In this document: in pieces, positions 23,801-35,982 of the stretch
How positions within the stretch are numbered: the stretch's first letter is position 1
How the letters are laid out: each line of letters starts with the position of its first letter
NCBI GenBank assembly: GCA_040954595.2
Contig: CM082591.2
Coordinates: 8,112,047 to 8,176,046, forward strand
Source of the DNA: Balanoglossus misakiensis
Taxonomy: Eukaryota; Animalia; Hemichordata
DNA: 64,000 nt
Reading direction: 5' to 3'
Translations under genes and position numbers: made by a program
Notes under the pieces: generated by a model
The model's database searches: none
What the model was told of the DNA's origin: nothing
The model's input: the letters and a program-made list of their open reading frames with translations, nothing else

Positions 23801-26800
23801 GGCCGTTTACTAGTATTTGATTTATACAGTACACCCATCAGCCGCATTTTGGGTCACGTTGGAACAAATGGAGTTCTTGCAGCTGAAGAAGTATTTGTGA
23901 CCTCTGTTTGTCCTTGTCACAGATGTGGGTCACTTGCAACACGCCACTTTTCTGACCCCTGACATTTTTGTTGATATGGCATCATTCAACTTTTTCTCGC
24001 TTAAGCAGACCAATGACAATTATTTTTGTTCTAGAATAGGTCAGAATGTACAGATTCTACAGTATTGTTGACTATTCCCAAAATGCTGACTCAGCACTTA
24101 TCGTCTATTATCGACTAAATTTATGGCCTTGTATTTCAAAAACAAGTGCAGTGACCCCTATATTTCATTACTGATTTTTATTATACATACAAATGAGTAA
24201 CCAAAAATCCACAATTAAAAGAAATGACAATACTTTCAATTTTACTGATCGTACATCCTTAAAGCGCGTATCTCGTCTTACACGCACGTTCCAACTGTAG
24301 CCGCTGGTTACAGATGTTTAGTGAACAGTCAACTTGATCCCATAATAAGGCAGTGCTCACACAAGATGGCGGCGACCATAATCTGTGTCGGAGATCGGGA
24401 AAAGACACTTGCTTGGGTGAAAAGAAGGGACAAAACCAGAATCTACTTATACGGTACACATGAAAAATGGAAGGAAGTGAAGGCAGTCCACTATTTGAAT
24501 GCATCGAACGAAAAATTTGCTGGAAAGTTACGCGCATGCCCGTGAGACGAGTTACACGCTTTAAACTGAAAATACTAAACTTGCTAACAAAACACAGGTG
24601 TGTAAAAGTCACTAGTACCTGAAACAAAAGTCAGGCTCAAATCTCAATCAAGATATCACCTGTTTCAGCCTGTTCGTGTCGGCTAATGGAGATTATATTA
24701 TCCTCAACTAGAAGACCTGGACCCTGAACAGTGAATAGTTAAAATTTACCAAAATAGAACACATAGAAGAGAACGCTTATGAATTCTGCTGGCGGTGGCA
24801 TAAAATGGCACTATTTTAGAACTTCTAGAACGTGTTTGCATGAGCTCAGCTGGCATGTTCTGGCATGATGAGGCCCTGGAACTGGCATGATTTATTCCCA
24901 CCCAAATGATGAAGTTGAAATAATGAAATTGTGTATCTATGTGAACTTATGAAGTTATTAATGGTGTGCTCAGGTATTTGGTTATTTGGATATAATTCCT
25001 CTCAGGTGAAAATTAGCATATTGGATGTGACTAACAATTGTTTTACCAGCAGAACAACCTTAATTCACATCTACATCGTTGTTCAGTTTTTATCTCACCT
25101 ATGCACATACATATTGTATATAGGTACATTGTACGTACATAGAAAAACATAAATGACAGTTCTTAGGAAGCACATTGGACTGAGGTGAAAACAGAGAAAA
25201 AATGTGTGTCATACTGCATATTGCAGTACAAATAGATTTGCAAATTTGAGTGCAGACGCAAACCCACTTTTCTAAAAGAGAAGCCAACAGAAGATTTCTA
25301 TAATAAGCTGCTACATGAGTTGCATGAATGAATTGGTGAATGGTTTAAAGTCTGTTTATGTTATTCTACATGTGGATATATAGTGAATCAATGTTCGACC
25401 ACACATAACTTCCATCCTGTTTGTAGACACTAGAGTGAAAAACTCACCTAAATGAATAATCGGTGTTCACCATTTATTCATTATGGCGACATTTTTCCTC
25501 TGACATCCTACAAACGGGATGGAAGTTGTGTGTGGTATATTTTAATGGATAAAGGGCAGCGAGAGAGAGACTTTGTCCCTTTAAAAGCCTTTCCAAGATT
25601 TTTGAAGCTTAAACATATTTTTATTGAGTTTCAGCACATTGGACTTTAATTCTGTTCAGACAGGCCCCTCACATGCATTTTCTTCTTCAGGTCTTCACCG
25701 AAGGCATTACAAACAAAATCTACGGTTGTTGTTTGCCGGAAAACAAGCGTGATATGGTGTTACTGAGGATCTACGGCCAAAAGACAGAGTTGATCATCAA
25801 CAGAGACAAGGAAATTGAAACTTTCCAAATCTTATTCAAAGCAAAATGTGGTCCAGAATTGTACTGTCGTTTCAACAATGGCCTGTGCTATCAGTTTATG
25901 CCTGGTGTGACTACTGATGTTTCGCTAGTCAGGTCAGAGAAAGTCTATCCGTAAGTATATTTCTTTTATAAATTCAGTAAATTTCGTATTTTCACCTGAG
26001 TGCATTTATAGTGACTGGCTTGTTTTGAGCTGAAAGTACTGCCACGAAATAAACAGAAAATAACTTCTGTATGGCACATCAACTTGTCAAGAACTATTTT
26101 CAGGGTTCATTTTTCAATCAGGACAATGACATGTACATAGAATGTTTGGTGGGTACATATTTGCATATTTTTCGAAATCTGGTAATCAGACAAGATGTCA
26201 AAATTGTAATGCAGTTAAATGTTACATCAAATGAAAGTTGTGTATGTAGTTGAAAAGAATGTTTTTGTGCATGCATCAGTGTTAAAGGGACAAAGTCGCT
26301 CTCTCGCTGCCCTATTATATTTGATACTAGACACTGTTTATGTTAATGTACATGTGTATATGTAGTGAATGAATGTTCAACCACACACAAATTCCATCCC
26401 GCTTGAATGATATGAGAGTAAAATCTCGCCCAAAATGAATAAATGGTAGAGACTGATTATTCATTTTGGCGAGTTTTTCACTCTCGTGTCTACAATGGAA
26501 GGTGTGTGTGGTTGAACGTTGATTCACTATATATCCACATGTAGAATAACGTAAACGGTGTCTTGCATTAAACATAATTAATGGAAAAAGGGCAGCGAGA
26601 GAGAGACTTTGTCCCTTTAAAGAAATTGGTTAGAGCTAAATATTCATTGTATTTCATGTCTCTTTAGACTCATTGCACAGAAAATGGCAAGAATGCATAC
26701 AATTAAACCTGAAGATGGCAAGCAAGTTCCTGAACCGAGTTTGTTCCCAGTTATGAGAGGATTTTATTCAAATATTCCGAGGGAGTTTGAAGATAAGGAA

Positions 26801-29800
26801 AAAAATGAAAGGTACGTATTTTTGCAACATAGATGCAAGCAGGCATACCGATACATGTACATACAAGAAAAATGTTGCATTTCGGTCAGGTATGATAAAC
26901 AGTAAATCACGAGTGTGCCAAAAAACAAAAAAAATCTATACATGGGGAAGTCTGTCTGTGCCGATCAGTGAAACTCAAATGATAATTGCTGTACCAGCAA
27001 TCCATGATACTTTGAACCAGTTTATGAAAGTAGGTATACCAACGTTCCTGGTCAATGTAATAAGATAGGTTTGATGAGTTACATCTGTTCAGTAAATAGT
27101 GCAATGGCATTGGCAACATTTTATCTTGTCTTGAATCATGACAGTGACACACTGTGACAACTGGTTACAGCAAATCAGTTGAACAACTTGGTTCAACTTC
27201 TTTAAGAACGTTTTTAGTATAAATGTGTGTTGGTTTAAAGCTCCATTAGCTGTAACTTTTCACTACGTTTTCAGGATTTTTGTTTTGTGTATCTACTGTA
27301 GTTTCTTGTCCAAATACTTGAAACATGATGAAACGCCTGGAGCATTTAGCACATCAACACAACATACTTATATGCGTATAGTCAGCATTGTTATTGTGCC
27401 AAATTGGAATTCAAGTTTGGACTAGAATTCATATGTCAACAATAACAATGGCCGTTACACACACACAGACTATGTTGGCAAGCAATGTACTATGTATATT
27501 AGCATGCTGTTTGGAGTAGAACAAGAAATTGTATTTGATACACAAAATAAAAATACCGGAAATAAAGCTAAAAGATACAGCTAATGTCCCTTTAATTGTA
27601 ATTTCTCATGTTTGTTCCCTTTCTTGACTATCTTCATCACAGGTTTAAGAAACATGTTGCAAGCTATGAACAACTTGGAAAGGAAATTGATGAGCTGGAG
27701 TCAGCACTAAAGCCTTTGAATTCACCCACTGTCTTCTGTCACAATGATTTACTGCTTGCCAATATTATATATGATGAACAAAACAGTAAGTGTGTCACTA
27801 TAAACACTCATCCATTGTACATACTTGCAACTGATAACATTTATTGGTGATGGCATACCCTCAAGGTATACAGTCACCCATTGAAAATTAGCTATAGTTA
27901 CCATGGCAAATTGAGATCTAGCCAACCACAGATTTTCAGTGGGTGGCACACGCGAAAAAAAGAGCGCCACCATATGTTCTTTAGGAGAACACTCAAGTAC
28001 ACCATTTCAGCCATATATGGGCATATGTAAATTGGAGGTGACTGTATACCTTTAACCCTTTCACCCCCAGTTCCCTCTTTAAAGGTCCAACCTTCCCATA
28101 GAGAAAACAGTGGGATTGGACTGAACTGTGGTGGTGAAAGGGTTAAATCACTATCAGTTTTGTTTATTTCACATCGATATCTTCAGAGATGGTCCATAGA
28201 GAGTGGCCCAGCTGATACAGGGCTATTACACCTCTGTCAAATCTGGTATCTTTGAATTAACCCTTTCACCCCCAGTTCCCTATTTAGAGGTCCAACCTTA
28301 CCATAGAAAACAGTGGGATTGGACTGAACTATGGTGGTGAAAGGGTTAAATCACTATCAGTTTTGTTTATTTCACATCGATATCTTCAGAGATGGTCCAT
28401 AGAGAGTGGCCCAGCTGATACAGGGCTATTACACCTCTGTCAAATCTGGTATCTTTGAATTAACCCTTTCACCCCCAGTTCCCTATTTAGAGGTCCAACC
28501 TTACCATAGAAAACAGTGGGATTGGACTGAACTATGGTGGTGAAAGGGTTAAATCACTATCAGTTTTGTTTATTTCACATCGATATCTTCAGAGATGGTC
28601 CATAGAGAGTGGCCCAGCTGATACAGGGCTATTACACCTCTGTCAAATCTGGTATCTTTGAATTAACCCTTTCACCCCCAGTTCCCTATTTAGAGGTCCA
28701 ACCTTACCATAGAAAACAGTGGGATTGGACTGAACTATGGTGGTGAAAGGGTTAAATCACTATCAGTTTTGTTTATTTCACATCGATATCTTCAGAGATG
28801 GTCCATAGAGAGTGGCCCAGCTGATACAGGGCTATTACACCTCTGTCAAATCTGGTATCTTTGAATCAACCCTTTCACCCCCAGTTCCCTCTATAGAGGT
28901 CCAACCTTACCATAGAAAACAGTAGGATTGGACTGAACTATGGTGGTGAAAGGGTTAAATCACTATCAGTTTTGTTTATTTCACATCGATATCTTCAGAG
29001 ATGGTCCATAGAGAGTGGCCCAGCTGATACAGGGCTATTACACCTCTGTCAAATCTGGTATCTTTGAATTAACCCTTTCACCCCCAGTTCCCTATTTAGA
29101 GGTCCAACCTTACCATAGAAAACAGTGGGATTGGACTGAACTATGGTGGTGAAAGGGTTAAATCACTATCAGTTTTGTTTATTTCACATCGATATCTTCA
29201 GAGATGGTCCATAGAGAGTGGCCCAGCTGATACAGGGCTATTACACCTCTGTCAAATCTGGTATCTTTGAATTAACCCTTTCACCCCCAGTTCCCTATTT
29301 AGAGGTCCAACCTTACCATAGAAAACAGTGGGATTGGACTGAACTATGGTGGTGAAAGGGTTAAATCACTATCAGTTTTGTTTATTTCACATCGATATCT
29401 TCAGAGATGGTCCATAGAGAGTGGCCCAGCTGATACAGGGCTATTACACCTCTGTCAAATCTGGTATCTTTGAATTAACCCTTTCACCCCCAGTTCCCTA
29501 TTTAGAGGTCCAACCTTACCATAGAAAACAATAGGTTTGGACTGAACCATGGTGCTGAAAGGGTTAAACTCATGTTTATTTTAGCTACGCTTTCAGATAA
29601 TCAGTACAATGTGTCACGGTAACAAATTAGTCAAAATTGTGAGGAAAGGTATTATTTTGGTTAAATAGTCATTCCATCAATGTGCAGCTCGACAACCAAA
29701 TCTTGTTTTTAAAGTTTGTGTATATTTTAATGAGAGTATGCAAAAGTATTAAAGATGATAAGGTGATACTTCAAAATTCATCACTATGTTTCATAATTAT

Positions 29801-32540
29801 GGTATGCTGCCCTTTTTCCATTAATTATATTTGATACAAGAAACTGTTTATGTTATTCTACGTATGGATCAACGTTCGACCACACACAACTTCCATCCCG
29901 TTTGTAGGATATGAGAGTAAAAATCTCGCCAAAATGAATAAACGGTAGAGACTGATTATTCATTTTGGCGAGTTTTTCACTTTTATGTCTACAAGTGGGA
30001 TGGAGGTAGTGTGTGGTTGAACGTTGATTCCCTATACATCCACATGTAGAATAACATAAATTGTGGCTTGTATCAAACTTATTTATTTAATGGCAAAAAG
30101 GCAGCGAGAAAGAGACTTTGTCGCTTTAATAACCATCATCTCTTTGTGAATTTCAGATAGTGTTGCATTTATTGATTATGAATATGCTTCATACAGCAAC
30201 CAAGCTTTTGATATCGGTGACCATTTTGCTGAATTTGCAGGTAAGATTTTTGTAGCTGATTTTTCAGTATTTACACAATCATTTAGAGAGGTATCAAATT
30301 ACAGGCATACAAATTATTATATAAGTGTATGTATAGTATATGTATACGTTTCAGATGCACTATTTGCCCCTTGTAAACACATATAAATAATCCTTTGAGT
30401 TGCATTGTTGTCCACACACATACAGTTAAAGCATAGACCTTGGCACTGGGCCCTATAGACAACATATTGAGGAGAGGTGTTAATCTTTTACAAAGCCATC
30501 TCAAATCTAAAAAAATTTCAGGACCACTTAAACCGTTCACACATATTAATTTATGCCAGCATTTGAGCTGAGACGCGACGTTTAAGAAACGTTTCATGGT
30601 CCCTGTGTGAACGCCATATAAGATAATCAAAGAGTAGTATTGTATTGTTATTTGTAGTTAGATTATTTTGTTTGTTGTTTTTATTTTTCAGGAGTAGATG
30701 AAATGGATTACAGCCATTATCCAGAGAAGGAGTTCCAACTGAAATGGTTTAAAGCCTACTTAAGTGCTTGGTACTCAATGTCAGGAATCAACAAACATGT
30801 AACTGAGAAGGATCTTGAAAAGATGTATGCTGTAGTCAATAAATTTACATTGGTAGGTGAAGTTTTCTTTTGCTTAAAGGGACAAAGTCCACTTATTATG
30901 TTTGATACAAGACACCGTTAATGTTATTCTACATGTGGATATAAAGTGAATCAACGTTTGACCACACACAGCTTCCATCCCACTTGAAGACACAAGAGTG
31001 AAAATCTCACCAAAATGAATAATTGGTGTTTACCATTTATTCATTTTGGTGAGATTTTTACTCTCATATCCCAATAACGGGATGGAAGTTGCGTGTAGTC
31101 GAACATTGATTCACTATATATCCACATGTAGAATAACATAAATGGTGTCTTGTATCAAAGACAATTAATAAAGAAAGGGCAGTGAAAGAGAGACTTTGTC
31201 CCTGTAATCATATACCGTTCATCATTTCCATTGAAAAATTTGTCCCTAATTCCATGCAAATTTGTCTAATTCAAAACCCAGCCCTGTTTGCCCAAACAAG
31301 ATCATTTCTGCACAGCATTTGTTTCCATAGCAACATGCATTGCTCTCTATATGTTTCAGTCATCAACTTGGGCATGTGAGATTCAAATGCCATGTTGCAG
31401 TAATAACAAGAGGAAAGTTATGGACATACCAACGTATATGATGTCTCACTTACTGAGATTCAATTGAGAAATTGAATTTTCTACCTTGTGATATCAGTGC
31501 AAAGTTAATATTTCTAACAGATCTTATTAATATGATTTTTTCAGGCTTCACATGTTTTCTGGGGATTATGGGCACTGATTCAGGCAGCTCATTCAACCAT
31601 TGACTTTGATTTCCTAGGGTAAGTTCCAAGAGTTTGTTCGAGAGAATTTTATTAAAATTCTCCAAAAATGTCATCAGATACATACTTCTTTTATGCATAG
31701 GGCAAACATCACCATAGAAACCTGAACTGAGTTTCAGATATTTTAAAAGGGGAAGAGCCACTTTAAAGCTCCATCAGCTGCAACTTTTTGCTACGTTTTC
31801 AGTATTTTTGTTTTATTTTTGTTTTGTGTATCTACTGGTACTGCAGTTTCTTGTTCGACTTCCTGAAACATGATGAAATGTCCAGTGTCCAGCTTATCAA
31901 CACAACCTAATATATTATCAGCATTGTTATGGTGCAAAATTTGAATAAAGTCTGGACTACAATTCATTTATCAATAATAACAATGGCCATTACACATACA
32001 TGTACAGGCTATGTTGACAAGTGGAGTACTGGGTATATTAGTATGTTGTTCAGAGTTGAACAAGAAATTTCATTTGAAACACACAGAACAAAAATACTCC
32101 AAATAAAAGCCAAAAGATACAGCCAAGTGTTCCTTTAAGCTTAGTCCTCTCAACTTTTTTTATTGTCAACAAAAGGGAAGGGGTCTTCGCACCGCGTGGG
32201 TGTCCCCCTTGATGAGAATATGTCCTCCCATACCAGCGCAAACCCCACTGCAGTCGCCATGACCTAGACTAGGATCTTCAGTCGCGGTCATGCTGTCTTT
32301 GCTATGGTTGGCTGATTTGTTCATTCTAAGAATTATCTAATTTTAGGGATTTGTGGATGAATTGTAATGTTTATAAACAAACAAACGCAGCGCGATGACC
32401 CCTTCACTTTAATGTACACTTTATTGGATGAATTACCTTATTAAATATTGACTTTTCTCAACAGATTTGGCATTCAACGATTTGATGAATATTTCCGCCG
32501 GAAAGAAGAGTTTTTGTCTTTGCAAATGCCAAGTGACTGA
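20839..32540 (+). CDS. ETNK1: Ethanolamine kinase (ETNK1/2-like), 355 aa, 8 exons: 20839-20964, 25691-25950, 26668-26811, 27643-27785, 30157-30240, 30692-30852, 31545-31618, 32465-32540
   Basis: Phase-consistent GT-AG exons sum to 1068 nt. Motifs: FTEGITNK, VLLRIYG, Brenner motif FCHNDLLLANII, choline/ethanolamine kinase motif FIDYEYASYSNQAFDIGDHFAEFAG, ASHVFWGLWALIQA, IDFDFLG. AATAAA at 32658 and 32940. Confidence 0.95.
21635..23465. mobile_element. 1.83-kb non-autonomous DNA transposon, 16-bp perfect TIR CAGTCAGATCGCACGG, 4-bp TSD TTTA, nested in a TA-type MITE
   Basis: Both TIRs and the TSDs (21631-21634, 23466-23469) are visible. The flanks 21581-21634 and 23466-23502 rejoin into the MITE family seen at 4509-4670. 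No transposase ORF. Confidence 0.85.
24263..24560. mobile_element. Family F TTAA MITE (core CAAGATGGCGGCGACCATA); relatives near 36530-36823 (reverse) and 40279-40485
   Basis: Imperfect TIR AGCGCGTATCTCGTCT, TTAA on both sides; abuts family E at a shared TTAA. Confidence 0.7.
25349..25580. mobile_element. Family A MITE, internally deleted
   Basis: Homologous to 16793-17139; the right TIR and TTAA are intact. Confidence 0.75.
26286..26616. mobile_element. Family A MITE
   Basis: TIRs and TTAA TSD. Confidence 0.85.
27239..27591. mobile_element. Family D ~350-bp MITE (AGCTCCATTAGCTG...CTAATGTCCCT, TTAA); other copies near 9745-10098, 31767-32134, 62235-62583 (reverse), fragments near 12330-12510, 19955-20100, 37118-37235, 41010-41670
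   Basis: Multi-copy homology; TTAA TSD at the full-length copies. Confidence 0.8.
27864..28051. mobile_element. Family C ~190-bp MITE (AGGTATACAGTCACC termini, TTAA); other copies 42518-42708, 43626-43816, 57549-57719
   Basis: Four homologous copies with TIRs; this copy shares its TTAA with the 203-bp array. Confidence 0.8.
28052..29567. repeat. Tandem array, 203-bp unit: 8 copies of an 85-bp TTAA-flanked CCCTTTCACC...GGTGAAAGGG MITE separated by 7 copies of a spacer
   Basis: Unit starts at 28052, 28257, 28460, 28663, 28866, 29069, 29272 and 29475; the units are near-identical. Confidence 0.95.
29805..30125. mobile_element. Family A MITE (left end truncated)
   Basis: Homology to the other copies. 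Confidence 0.8.
30878..31203. mobile_element. Family A MITE
   Basis: TIRs; starts 25 nt after the ETNK exon 6 donor. Confidence 0.8.
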
Positions 32541-33659
32541 AAGAAGATGCAGCACAACAGATAATACAATGTAATTGTTTCTCTGAAGATAATTAAACTT
32601 TGCATTTACTCTTAAATTAGTATTTATATTATTTCAATGAGTGATTTTAAGGTAAACAATAAATTCTACTGCAATGAACTATCATTGGAAGAATTTCAAC
32701 TAAACTTATTTGCATTTTGGAAACCGGGGTTAAAATTTGAAACTTTAAAGGTTCTTTTTAGGTGACTAATTTTAATTCAGATTTTTACTTATCACAAAGA
32801 TAGTGGAGCATGGTGCCTTACATGTATCTTGATTTTAACTGTACCAGTACAGTATTAGACTACTGTATGGTTTGTTTTAATATTGAGGAATTGAACAAAC
32901 TTCTGTCTGACTAAGTAATGTTTGATAAACTTTTAGACGAATAAACGTGAGTTATTTGGTGATTTAACTTTGTTCTGGATACTGTATCTATACAAATACT
33001 TGCTTTCACACCAATTTTTGGTTAATGCCAGAAATGTCCTCGATATCCTTATCAGATTATCAATGCAGTAACTGGAAGTATAGTAATTACTTTGATCTGC
33101 ATAAGTTTTATTATTTTATAAATGCGCATTCAATTGAGGATGTGACACATAAAAGATAGCTTTCTATCAAGGCATATCTCTCCTCCAAACCCACTTTTGA
33201 CAATGAGTCGATATCTCACAAACCAGGGCAAAACCTAGCTCTGCGTGGCAGGGCTGTGTGCGTGGTTGGAGGCATAGCTAGCTAGGCAAAACCTCGAGCT
33301 ATTGGACTACAGCCATGTTCTGATTGTGATTAGCTGTAGCTGCAATGATTGTAGCGGGTGCTGCCAAATTAGCTGTGGTACGCAGGTGTACCGTGGGGGG
33401 GGGGGGGGCTGATTGCCCCCCCCCCCCCCCCAGTACAGCTGCGTACCACAGCTACTGCCAAATGCACTCGTCTCGTCGTCCAGGATCGTTGTCAACCAAA
33501 TGCGTTCGAAATGAACGCCACACTTTTCGCAAAATGATACCTTCAAATAAAATTGAACGGTAAAACTTTTTCGAACGATACACATACGTATAGTTTGATG
33601 AAAGAGGTCGAATCTGTATTCAAAATACAGTTACCTCGGAATATGTGAGATGATAGCGT

Positions 33660-33881
33660 CCAAACCCGGAAGTAAACCGGATGTGATGAACACACGTGTT
33701 CAAAGTTCTCTTGTGTTTTTATCCATATGCGCATGCGCAAATATCAACATCATTGACCAATCACACAGCAGGTTACTAAATTCAAACTGAGCATTTAAAA
33801 GTCACCGGATATACATACGTTGTTCTGTACTTTTTGTGTTCGCCGAATTTTATCGTTCCTGCAGCGTAATTTCTAAAACAG
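33660..33881 (+). promoter_or_regulatory. KIF18 promoter and non-coding exon 1 (donor CAG|GTAAGT at 33881/33882)
   Basis: CpG-rich. Two ETS sites (CCGGAAGT 33666, CCGGATGT 33677), E-box CACGTG 33693, NRF1 TGCGCATGCGCA 33728-33739, CCAAT 33757, CHR-like TTCAAA 33781 and TTTAAA 33794. The next acceptor is at 35148. Confidence 0.75.
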
Positions 33882-35304
33882 GTAAGTAACTGTTGTCACA
33901 TATGTAACAGTGATCTGTCAAATGTTCTGCATACTCGTGTCCCGACGTCCAGTCAAGTCAGATATGTGCAACAAATGCGTTGACACGACCGATATTTCCA
34001 CTGAAAAATGGACTTGTATGTTGGTATGGTAATTTGTCATGTTTGTGAAAGCATGCAAACCGCAATGTATCCGTGGACCTTGTATCCCTCCCCAACACAA
34101 ACAGCCAAGGTAGTGATAGCCGCAGTAGACTGTAGAGTTACGTATCCATATCATTATCAGCGTGCGTTTCGAACCCCAGATTTTCAAATCAAGAAGCCGC
34201 CCTCGTAGTCATAGTTTTGACGTCCACCCCCAAGACCAGCTACTGGCTGTTTACATGTAGCTGTAATGATTGTAACGGGTGCTGCTTGGTTGATGATGTT
34301 GTCCGCTGTATTACACAGTGTGATTCTTATTAGTATACACGAACTTTGAATTTGTACATATACATGTAGTTGAACCAGCTCAGCTCAGTTGTACAGCACA
34401 ACATGAAAACGAATATAGACACTGACCAAATGTTGAGACAGTACTAATGAAAGTTTGGGAACATTAATAATGATAAACATGACACCAAGCAACATGGACA
34501 CGCTTTTTATTACATCAGCTAGTCAGTTGCAGCTACAGATTCATAGTATAAATGTTGATGGAACCCTAATAAGTTATTGCTCAACTTGATAACCAAGAAG
34601 TTATGAAATAAAAATATAGACTTCATGAACAGGTGTCTGCTTATGGTCAAGGACATATGTAGGGTCCAAATCAAAGACTGGAAACCACCTGATAAATGAT
34701 GTTCACCATGGCAATTGACATACATGGTTTTAAATTTGTCACTGCCACAATGCATGTCATCTGGATACCATTTTATGCAGGGGAACACTGTATTAATTAT
34801 TCCTCTAAGTAGTATTTTTGTTAAGGGCAGAAGTGGAGTTCCCCAGTCATTTTACTGGGGTTCCCCTGGGTGTATCAATGTAGTTATATTAGGGGGTTGT
34901 AGGAATGTTACCAGGGTTCCCAAATCCAAATGCCAATGTTCCCCAACCTTAGCAAAAAAACTGCTCTGAGTCACAAGATATTGCACACACTCAGAACTGA
35001 TTCAAGGTATGTGTATCATCCACACAAACACAATTTCAAAATTCAACTTACATGTACTCTGAAGTATCACAATACAATCATAAATTTATGAAATACTTTT
35101 TTGTATGTATGGTTTAATCACTGAAAGTATTTACTCTTTGGTTTCCAGAGAAAAGAGAAGTCGCGAAGTTTTGGAAACAGGCGAGAATTATAGCTGGAGT
35201 GTCATTACTGACCACAAAGCTGTCAGCTGACCACGTCAGCTGACTATCTTTAAGTTGTACATTATAGTACATTGCATAATCAGGTGCACCTAGACTGTGA
35301 CAAG

Positions 35305-35950
35305 ATGACAGTGAACAGCGGTCCAGTCAGGATTAGTAATTCTGCAACTTGCATGCCGGGAGATACAAAAAGTGGTAATGTCAAGGTGGTTGTGCGTGTG
35401 CGTCCAGAAAACTCGCAAGAACTCCAGGCAAACTCCAGAACTGTCGTGAAAGTAGTGGACGAAAATGTTCTTGTATTCGACCCCAACGATGACTCAGAAC
35501 CAAGCTTTTTCCACGGCAAGCCAAGGACCGGCAGAGATCTGCTGAAAAGAAAAAATAAGGATATGAGATTTGCGTTTGACAGAGTGTTTGATTCTGGTAC
35601 ACCACAAAAAGAAGTTTATGAAAACACCACGAAGTCCATTATTGATGGTGTCCTCAATGGATACAACTGCTCAGGTGAGTGCATCTTCAATCTTCGTTTT
35701 CTTTGTGAATTATCTACATAAGTGCCTTCAAAACGTTACCTACATGTACCAAATTTATAATTTCTAAATTCAGTTTTCCTTGCAACATTCATCAGGTGCC
35801 AGGTGCTTGTATTGGGAGAAAATAGTGGGGTTTATTTAAATGACAATTGGCTGTAATTTGTGGCTTGATTTTTAGTATTTTTGTTCTGTGTACCAAATGC
35901 ATTTCTTATTAGACTAGAATTTGTTATTTATTCGTTCATTTATTTATTGA

Positions 35951-35982
<32 letters not shown>

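Noticed and set aside
28052-29567. CRISPR-like repeat-spacer array
   Set aside because: The spacers are identical, the repeats are 85-bp TTAA-flanked MITEs, the context is a eukaryotic intron and there are no cas genes.
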